Part shown: positions 56,789-64,000 of the stretch, piece after piece
How positions within the stretch are numbered: position 1 is the stretch's first letter
How the letters are laid out: each line of letters begins with the position of its first letter
DNA from: Rhodospirillales bacterium
GTDB taxonomy: Bacteria > Pseudomonadota > Alphaproteobacteria > Rhodospirillales > Casp-alpha2
Reading direction: 5' to 3'
DNA: 64,000 bases
NCBI GenBank assembly: GCA_021775095.1
Contig: JAJFII010000111.1
Coordinates: forward strand, 36,801-100,800
The notes under the pieces: model-generated
What the model was told of the DNA's origin: nothing
The model's input: the letters and a program-made list of their open reading frames with translations, nothing else
Database searches by the model: none
Position numbers and translations under genes: made by a program

Positions 56789-57799
56789 TTATTTTGTTGC
56801 TGCGGCGACAAATTTCGCGGTGAATTCCTTACCGGCAATTTCACCAATTTTGTCAGCAATCGGCCCGGAAGCTGCCTTGAAAGCCGCAGAGTCGATATCG
56901 TTGAATTTGACGTTCGGCGCCAATTGGCGAATTTCCTTTTCGAGATTGGCATCGTTGTCCGCACCGTACTGACGGCTTTTCAGTGTCGCCGTCCGCGCGG
57001 CTTTGAGAATTTGCTCCCTCTGGCGCGGCGTTAACGAGTTGTAGCGCTTTAAGTTCATTACAAAGGTGATCGGCGTATAGACATGCCGCGATTTGGAAAT
57101 GTACTTCTGCACCTCAAACCATGAGTTCTTGCGGATATTGCCAAAGGGGTTTTCCTGGCCATCGATGACATTTTGCTGCAGGGCCAGATAGATTTCGCCC
57201 ATGTTCATTTTGATCGGTGATGCACCGAGCATCTGGAACGACAGGATCCGCGTCTTGCTGCCGGGAGTCCGGAGTTTGATGCCTTTCAAGTCCTCGGGTT
57301 TTGATATGGGACGTACATTATTCGTAATATGGCGGAAACCGATTTCGCCGTATCCAAGAACTTTCAACCCTGCGGATTTCTGGAACGACTCATCGAGTTC
57401 GTCGCCAATTGGGCCATCGAGAACGGCAGAGACTTTTTCGCGGCTGGAAAACAGGAACGGAATGTCGAAAACCGCGAACTTTGAATCCAGCTGAACGGCG
57501 TCAGAACCGATTGGAATAACATCCAATTGTCCCGTGCGGACCTGCTGCATGTGAACGATTTCATCACCGAGTGTGCCGCTGTCGAAATATTCGATTGCGA
57601 CGTCGTCGCCCATCTCAATTTTTAAGGCGTCGCGAAATGACACCAACATATGCTGCGTCGATGATCCCGGCGTGCTTTCAACGGAAAGCCGCAATTTGAG
57701 CGGCTCGGCCTGCACGGATGTCGACGCCAATAGGACAATGGAAAAAGCGGTTGCTATTCCACTGCCGAGTTTTCTGAAGTTGTTCATCTGATTCCCCAC
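56789..57799 (-). CDS. dctP: TRAP transporter substrate-binding protein (DctP family)
   Basis: 336 aa with a signal peptide (IATAFSIVLLASTSVQA). Blocks LKIRLPG-like (GIKLRTPG) and NPF. Confidence 0.9.
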   Translation of the reverse strand: MGNQMNNFRKLGSGIATAFSIVLLASTSVQAEPLKLRLSVESTPGSSTQHMLVSFRDALKIEMGDDVAIEYFDSGTLGDEIVHMQQVRTGQLDVIPIGSDAVQLDSKFAVFDIPFLFSSREKVSAVLDGPIGDELDESFQKSAGLKVLGYGEIGFRHITNNVRPISKPEDLKGIKLRTPGSKTRILSFQMLGASPIKMNMGEIYLALQQNVIDGQENPFGNIRKNSWFEVQKYISKSRHVYTPITFVMNLKRYNSLTPRQREQILKAARTATLKSRQYGADNDANLEKEIRQLAPNVKFNDIDSAAFKAASGPIADKIGEIAGKEFTAKFVAAATK

Positions 57800-57953
57800 T
57801 GTTTATATCACATTGCACCACGTACAGCCCTCAAAGGATTCGTTTTAGAGGGTTGTACTTTTTTTGGTTGCTTTAACGTCGTCAATAACAGCGCAATTCA
57901 AATTTTCACGCAAGTGAATTATATTCAATGGTCTTATGACATTCTGTCCATTG

Positions 57954-58763
57954 TCATCGGTGCGCCAAAATCAGGTGAGCTGAGGTGGGCAATGCAACAC
58001 CGTTTGCCGTTACGAATTCCGCCAATGTTTCTTGCACATCGCTGATGAAAGCGCCGTGATCCTCCGGCGACAACTGCGCGATGGCATGCCGCGTGGCGGG
58101 TGCCCCGGCCGCAACTCCGCTGACAAATTCATTTACCGACGAAAACGTCGCCGTAAATTCACCGGTATCAAAATACGTGATGTCAAAACCCGCTTTGGCA
58201 AACAGTGACCGCGCGACAGCCGGGTTTCCCATCGAAAAAGGTTTCATCGCTGGTTTGATACCGCGCGCCGCAAGCGCCTCGGCGATCGCGTAATGTCCTT
58301 TGTTGGTCGGCATTTCGTTCCACATGCTGGCAGCTAATCGACCACCTGGTTTTAGTGCCCGATGGACCGCCTTCATGGCGACGGGTGGATCCGTCACGAA
58401 CTGTGGGCCCTGCATATATAGGCACAAATCGACAGCGGCATTGTCGACCGATTGTTGTTCGGCCGGTATCACATGCCAATTCAGCCTAACATCAGCCGGC
58501 AAATTGGCGGCTTCAGCAGATTTTTGCGCCACGGCGATCATGCCGGCATCGACATCCGTACTAATGATGCAGCCCATGGGAGAGATCATCGGAGCGACAA
58601 AACGTGCGCCGATTCCGGTGCCGCAGGCGACATCCAATACGGTCTCACCGGGTTTGGGTGCGCCCAAATCGACGACCCGCCGCGCCCACGGCCCAAATAC
58701 GGCTGCCACGAGGTAATCTTCGTACGCCTGTGCGGCGGCGATACTGGCTTCGTCTGGTATCAT
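57954..58763 (-). CDS. class I SAM-dependent methyltransferase
   Basis: 269 aa. Motif I VLDVACGTGIG and post-I/II blocks (LKPGGRL). Confidence 0.85.
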   Translation of the reverse strand: MIPDEASIAAAQAYEDYLVAAVFGPWARRVVDLGAPKPGETVLDVACGTGIGARFVAPMISPMGCIISTDVDAGMIAVAQKSAEAANLPADVRLNWHVIPAEQQSVDNAAVDLCLYMQGPQFVTDPPVAMKAVHRALKPGGRLAASMWNEMPTNKGHYAIAEALAARGIKPAMKPFSMGNPAVARSLFAKAGFDITYFDTGEFTATFSSVNEFVSGVAAGAPATRHAIAQLSPEDHGAFISDVQETLAEFVTANGVALPTSAHLILAHR

Positions 58764-58827
58764 TTAATTCTTCCTTTGCCAGGTTAATCGAATGGAGACT
58801 AAACATATGCTGCGAGGCTGGACGCCA

Positions 58828-59970
58828 TTAAATATCTGCGCGCATTTCAGAAATTCTCGGCCAGTCCAGATTTACGCCAAGCCCAGGCCCATCGGGCAAC
58901 CGCAGATACCCAGGCTCGGCACGCAAGTCCTCAACAATAATATCCGCGTCGCTACCCATTGGTCGCATTGAGCCGATCTCGTGCGGCCCCGCCAAATTCG
59001 GAACCGCAGCGGCGATATGCGCCTCGGCGACCGCCGCCAGACCCATTTCAAATACGTGCCCAAGAACCGCAGTCATTCCGGCGGCGGCGAGCATTTCGGC
59101 GATCAAGCGCGCCCCATCCAGTCCGTGTTTCGTTACCTTTATCTTAATGCGGTCAGCGGCGCCAAGGCGAATGACCGTCATCGCTTCCTCGGGCGTCGCG
59201 ACCATATCGTCGGTCATGATGGGGACGTTAACGGCATTGCGGATTTCAACCATACCCAAAAAATCGCGGCGGGATATGGGTTGTTCGACATGCTCGATAT
59301 CGAAGCGTTCGATCGCCCGTATCAGGCGAATGGCCTCGGCCGGACGATAGTGGTCGTTCGCGTCGACCCGCAGGGAGATTCCAGGGCCGATCGCTTCGCG
59401 TACGGCGGCAACCCGCGCGATATCATTGGCGATGTTCTCGCCGATCTTGACCTTCACCGCGCGGAAACCAGCGGCGACCGTATCGGCGGCTCTCGTTGCC
59501 ATTCGATCAGGGGTGTCGATACCCAGAACCGTTCCCATCACCGGTATTCGGTCATTGACCCGGCCGCCCATCAAATCGAGAACCGATGTGCCCAGCGCTT
59601 TGGCCTGAAGATCATAAAGTGCATTGTTAATTCCGGCCTTCGTCCACGGGCGGCCTTTCAATACGGCATCAATCAAAGAATCACCCTTTGAACGGGAGGA
59701 CACGTCGAGCCCAACCAGGACAGGAGTAATCACGTTTCTGACGGCACCGAGAATTTCTTCCGGCAGTTCTTCGGGCTTTCCGGGCGGCGCGCAAACGATT
59801 TCACCGATCCCTTCAAGCGAGTCGTCGTCCGTCAAAATTCGAATAATGACGGATGTGTGGATCCGCGTTCGTCCTTCGGATATCTTGAAGTCCTGTTCGC
59901 CCCTGACGATGACGGGAATGGCTTCAATGCCGGTGATGCTTGGACCTGGTTCCGTCTTCATCTGTTCCAT
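58828..59970 (-). CDS. enolase-superfamily enzyme (mandelate racemase / muconate lactonizing enzyme family)
   Basis: The ORF is open to 60354, but homology begins at MEQMKTEPGPSITGIEAIPV, so I place the ATG at 59970. It has the capping domain, then KVKIG, RVDANDHY and VEQP metal-ligand blocks. Confidence 0.85.
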   Translation of the reverse strand: MEQMKTEPGPSITGIEAIPVIVRGEQDFKISEGRTRIHTSVIIRILTDDDSLEGIGEIVCAPPGKPEELPEEILGAVRNVITPVLVGLDVSSRSKGDSLIDAVLKGRPWTKAGINNALYDLQAKALGTSVLDLMGGRVNDRIPVMGTVLGIDTPDRMATRAADTVAAGFRAVKVKIGENIANDIARVAAVREAIGPGISLRVDANDHYRPAEAIRLIRAIERFDIEHVEQPISRRDFLGMVEIRNAVNVPIMTDDMVATPEEAMTVIRLGAADRIKIKVTKHGLDGARLIAEMLAAAGMTAVLGHVFEMGLAAVAEAHIAAAVPNLAGPHEIGSMRPMGSDADIIVEDLRAEPGYLRLPDGPGLGVNLDWPRISEMRADI

Positions 59971-60559
59971 CCCGTCTGTTCCGTCCCGTCGTACAATTGT
60001 TACAATGGATAATTCTATTTGACCATTTATATCAACGCGTAGTGATAATAATCCATAGGAGATCGTCCATGCACTCTTCTTCAATAGGAAGAACCAAGCA
60101 GGCGATGCGCCTCTTGGGCCACAGAGTGGCCCTGCCGGGCAGGGCCCTCTTGTTTTATAAAGAGCAGGGCTTTCGTGCGATAAGAGTGCCCTTACCGGCC
60201 ACGCCATTTGGGATGGGTCGTGACGGGGTTGGACCTTACCGGCAGAATTGAACGTCGACTTACTTGGTGATTGATCCGGATGCAAAACAGTAACTGCGGG
60301 GTTTGCCCGGACCGCCATAGGCCTACTTAATCTTGATTTCCCTATCTTCAACAATGCCGCTCAGCCGTCAACGCTTCCATCAAACGGATACTCAGCCACC
60401 AAGTGAATATCGGCTGCGCCGTAATCAATAGTGTGAACTCAAACTCCACCGCATGCAGAATGCGGCCGACGGTTGAGTGGTCAGAGGATAGGCGATCATC
60501 TGCGGGTGCAGATCAGGGCCATTCAATCGACTTGCGAACGTTATATATCTGCAGCGTTG

Positions 60560-61414
60560 TCAGCCTGTGTCGTGGGCGACGGCGACGCCGGTTCCCAGTT
60601 CTATGATCTCTGCCGTGATCGCTTCCTGCCGGACCCGGCGCAGGGTGGCCTGAAACACGTCAAGTTCGCGTGCGATTTGACTGCCTGCGGCGGACATAGC
60701 CTCCATTCGTGCCTCGTTCTCGGCGGCAAAGGCATGAAGGGCCGCCTTGCAAATCAGGGCATGGACGTAGTCGGCGCTCAGACTGGCCAGCAAGATGTCG
60801 GCGGGAAGTTGGGTGAGCGGGGGTTCCGTTGCCTCGGACTGGAAATCTTCCAGGTTGATTGGAAACAGGGTCTGACGCTCGACCTGTGGTCGACCGGACG
60901 GCCAACTGGCATGCATAACATCAAGGCTATCGATCCGGCTTTCATCGACAGCCTGGTAAATCGCCTTGATGATCCCATCGGATAACTTCGGAATGCCAAG
61001 CGTATGCGAAGGCATTGCCGCGGACCATGCCGGTACAATGCCACGCGCCGCTGCTACCGACAGGCCACGGGATCCGACGAGAAAAGTATTTGCCAGGTCC
61101 GTTTCGTCACTGATGCTGTCCAGCACCCGCTCGCTGAAGGCCCCGGCGAACCCCTGTTCGGCCAGAAAAACCAGCAAGCCGATTTTACCCGCACCGGGAT
61201 CGCTCGAAGATGTCGCGGTATTCGATGTTTCCTGCTGAATGAGGACGCTGGAGATGGCTGTGGCAAAGGTCCTGGCATAGCTGTCGACCGCGTCAACCTG
61301 TGTTCGGGCTGTATGGGCACGGGCCGCCGCAATTCCCTTCATTGCGTTTACCACAGCGCCGAGCTGGCGAATGCCCTCGATCCTGGCGCTGACATCGGCG
61401 AGTTGTCTGGTCAT
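60560..61414 (-). CDS. atpG: F-type ATPase gamma-subunit-like protein (alternate/N-ATPase type), orphan
   Basis: 284 aa. The N-terminal helix IEGIRQLGAVVNAMKGIAAARAHTAR and the C-terminal helix LRRVRQEAITAEIIEL match the two coiled-coil helices of gamma subunits. No other atp genes lie adjacent. Confidence 0.7.
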   Translation of the reverse strand: MTRQLADVSARIEGIRQLGAVVNAMKGIAAARAHTARTQVDAVDSYARTFATAISSVLIQQETSNTATSSSDPGAGKIGLLVFLAEQGFAGAFSERVLDSISDETDLANTFLVGSRGLSVAAARGIVPAWSAAMPSHTLGIPKLSDGIIKAIYQAVDESRIDSLDVMHASWPSGRPQVERQTLFPINLEDFQSEATEPPLTQLPADILLASLSADYVHALICKAALHAFAAENEARMEAMSAAGSQIARELDVFQATLRRVRQEAITAEIIELGTGVAVAHDTG

Positions 61415-61511
61415 GTCACTGTTTCGTTTGCGGTTGTGGCTTCACCCAACGACGCGATAAGGCGCGTCATCGCTGCCGAGGCTGGCCGACGACTATTCGC
61501 AGTATACTCCT

Positions 61512-62438
61512 GTGGCGGCCGGACATCGCGTGGTCCATGGGGGCCAAACGTTTGCCGGTCCGACGCTCATCGATGCAGCTGTTTGCCGGGATCTTGAGCG
61601 TTTTATCCCGCTCGCACCCTTGCATCAGCCGCACAACCTTGCTGCGGTCAACGCCATAACCAGGGTGGCACCGCATCTTCCACAAATCGCCTGTTTTGAC
61701 ACCAGCTTTCATCGCACACAATCGAAGTTCGCGCAGCTGTTTGCGCTGCCACGGAAGTTGACCGAGGAAGGGATAATCCGATACGGATTTCACGGCCTTT
61801 CCTATGAATACATCGCTGGTGTTCTGCCAGACCATATGCACAGCCGGTCTGACGGGCGAACCATCGTCGCTCATTTGGGCAACGGCGCAAGCATGTGCGC
61901 CATGAAGAAACGGAGAAGCGTTGCTGCCAGCATGGGTTTTACCGCGCTTGATGGGTTGATGATGGGACGTCGTTGCGGGTCACTTGATGCCGGAGTGGTT
62001 CTGCACCTTCTGCAAAATCGAGGAATGACCATCGATGAGGTGCAACACATGCTCTACCGGGAATCTGGTCTTCTTGGAGTCTCCGGGATTAGCAACAACA
62101 TGCAGGTCCTGTTGGAGAGTGCTGATCCAAAGGCTCAGGAAGCCGTCGATTTGTTCTGTTACAGAGCCGCCTGTGAACTAAGTTCACTTGTGGCGCCGCT
62201 CGAAGGCCTTGATTCAATCATCTTTACAGCCGGAATCGGGGAAAACTCTCCGTACGTTCGCAAGGCAATTTGCGGACACTTGTCCTGGCTTGGCGTTAAC
62301 CTGGACACCGTTGCAAATGACGAGAATGCAACCTTCATTCACAACGCGAACTCAAAAATCGACGTGCTGGTTATTCTAACTAACGAGGAAGCTGTCATCG
62401 CTGCAGATACCCGTGATCTAATCGGTTCCTTAACCTGA
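61512..62438 (+). pseudogene. ackA: 5'-truncated acetate/propionate kinase gene
   Basis: 308 aa that aligns from about residue 88 of AckA onward (GHRVVHGG, PLAPLHQPHN, CFDTSFH, RYGFHGLSY, AHLGNGAS, FTAGIGENS, TNEE). The N-terminal ATP-binding LNxGSSSxK segment is missing, and an in-frame stop lies at 61458-61460. Confidence 0.75.
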
Positions 62439-62529
62439 TATCGAGTTTGGTTTTTAAAGAGTGCCGCAAAGCTCAGGCGATATTTCAAATGCCCCAGACG
62501 ACGTTGTATAAAACAATTCACATGTGTCC

Positions 62530-62832
62530 CAGGAGCATTCGATTGGCAACGAATTGGTGTTTCTGGGGGCCAAAACCGAGCCCTGGTACGAGCCAAACAA
62601 ACCATTCGGCCATTAGCCGGCAACGTGTCTGGAAATCTAACGGCGATTCAGAGCGTGGTGCCAAGTCAACGGACATTGCCGTTGTCCTGATTGAGATGGC
62701 CAAACTTAACGGCGTTGATCCGCAAGTCTGGCTGACCGTCATCCTGGCTCGGATCACCGATCAAATGAATCCTTACACAAAAAGGTCAATCGTATTGATG
62801 AGCTTCCGCACTGGCGTTATGCTCAAACCTGA
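62530..62832 (+). mobile_element. IS66-family transposase C-terminal remnant (frameshifted)
   Basis: The translation ...ATNWCFWG...SERGAKSTDIAVVLIEMAKLNGVDPQVWLTVILARITDQ, followed after a frame change by KVNRIDELPHWRYAQT*, matches the conserved C-terminal end of IS66 transposases (..NWLF.GS..GG..AA..YSLI.TAKLNG.DP..YL..VLARI..H....IDELLPW.). No upstream DDE domain is present. Confidence 0.55.
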
Positions 62833-62958
62833 ACGTAATATGCGAATAGTTAATCCCAAATCTGCATCACAGAATACTCGCATAATCGTATTATATGCGA
62901 CGGAGAACTATTTGGGTTGTGATTGAATCGGGATTTATAACCTTAAGGTCATCTGCCC

Positions 62959-64000
62959 ATGGAAAAATTTGATAAATTTTTCAAAGCGCGTGCCCATGTT
63001 CTCGAACATATCGTCGCTGGAGGCGATATATACAAAACGTTAGACATACTTTGCCGCGATACCGAAGACTTTGACCCGGTAATGCGTTGTACCGTCCTGC
63101 TTCTCGATCAAGAGCACAAGTGCTTGCATTCCGGCGCTGCACCGAGCCTCCCAGATTATTACAATAATGCGATTGACGGTGAAAAAATCGGCGTGGGCGC
63201 GGGGTCATGTGGGACAGCTGCCAGTACGGGTGAGCGTGTCATTGTTGAGGATGTTTATTCTCATCCCTATTGGGTGGCCTACCGCGAACTGGCTAAAAAA
63301 GTCGGTTTTCATGCGTGTTGGTCCCAGCCCATTTTTTCAAAAAATAAAGCAGTTCTGGGCACGTTTGCCATGTATTTTGACGAGGTGCGCTCCCCGACTG
63401 AACAAGAGTTGGAACTCATCCAGGCCCAGGCGAACCTAGCGAGCATCGCCATCGAACGCAAACTGTCCGAAGACGCGATTCTCGAAAGTGAAGCAAGACT
63501 AATTCTGCATATTCAGAACACACCCGTAGGGGCCATTTCATGGGATTGCGACTTCCAATGCACCGAGTGGAACAATGCGGCAGAAAATATTTTTGGATAT
63601 ACCGCTGCGGAGGCGATTGGGCAGCATGCGGCTGAAATTATTTTGCCTGCCGGTCTCAGGGAGGACGTCACCAAGGTTATTTCAGAGTTGTTAACGCAAA
63701 AAGGCGGGCGCCGAAATACCAACGAGAACGTCAGGAAGGATGGGGAAACCATCATTTGTGATTGGTACAACACGCCAATTTTCGATAGGAGCGGTAAAGT
63801 GACAGGCGTGGCATCTCTGGTCCAGGACATCACGGTTAGCAAACGCACCGAAGCGCAATTGATTAAAGCCAAGGAAGTGGCTGAAAATGCGAACAAAGCC
63901 AAGTCAGAGTTTCTCGCTTCCATGAGCCACGAATTGCGCACCCCCCTCAATGCTGTTCTCGGGTTTGCCCAGATGATGCAATTTGATCCGAAAAACCCAC
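62959..64000 (+). CDS. GAF-PAS sensor histidine kinase (partial; continues past window end)
   Basis: Absent from the ORF track because it has no stop in the window. Manual translation from the ATG at 62959 gives [22 protein letters not shown]...[20 protein letters not shown]...[10 protein letters not shown] (GAF), then a PAS region ([35 protein letters not shown]), then the H-box [23 protein letters not shown]. Confidence 0.85.
   Translation, partial: MEKFDKFFKARAHVLEHIVAGGDIYKTLDILCRDTEDFDPVMRCTVLLLDQEHKCLHSGAAPSLPDYYNNAIDGEKIGVGAGSCGTAASTGERVIVEDVYSHPYWVAYRELAKKVGFHACWSQPIFSKNKAVLGTFAMYFDEVRSPTEQELELIQAQANLASIAIERKLSEDAILESEARLILHIQNTPVGAISWDCDFQCTEWNNAAENIFGYTAAEAIGQHAAEIILPAGLREDVTKVISELLTQKGGRRNTNENVRKDGETIICDWYNTPIFDRSGKVTGVASLVQDITVSKRTEAQLIKAKEVAENANKAKSEFLASMSHELRTPLNAVLGFAQMMQFDPKNP

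Noticed and set aside
59971-60354. 128-codon N-terminal extension of the enolase-superfamily ORF
   Set aside because: The extension is Pro/Ser/Arg-rich with no homology. The enolase capping domain starts at MEQMKTEPG (59970), so the open frame upstream looks fortuitous.
62833-62958. AT-rich stretch with an imperfect hairpin (TCGCATAAT...ATTATATGCGA) after the IS66 remnant, considered as an IS66 terminal inverted repeat
   Set aside because: It does not resemble the GTAAGCG-type IS66 termini I know, and no matching left end is present in the window.

Overview
This is a 64 kb chromosomal segment with about 55 percent GC, estimated from hand counts on single lines. The gene content looks alphaproteobacterial, which is an inference. 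It is dominated by solute uptake: three TRAP systems (dctPQM), two tripartite tricarboxylate (TTT, tctABC) systems and one NitT/TauT-type ABC importer. Each sits next to its own regulator (LysR x2, RpiR, GntR, IclR). There is also a TetR-to-MarR cluster of detoxification or redox genes, a signalling cluster (response regulator-PP2C, chemoreceptor, PAS kinase) and two patches of gene remnants.

The standout is a lower-GC insert at about 40.66-42.59 kb, between an exonuclease gene and a TRAP operon. It carries a TnpB/Cas12-like RuvC nuclease of about 518 aa with intact D/E/D catalytic residues and a CxxC..CxxC zinc ribbon. The reading frame is split in two by a -1 frame change at an A6 run. A minimal CRISPR-like array lies 151 nt downstream on the same strand: two identical 36-nt repeats around one unique 30-nt spacer. 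The window contains no cas1, cas2 or cas4 and no tnpA. I read this as a candidate stand-alone miniature type V (V-U-like) system or a TnpB-to-Cas12 intermediate.

All protein family calls rest on motifs I recognise in the supplied translations. No database search was run.
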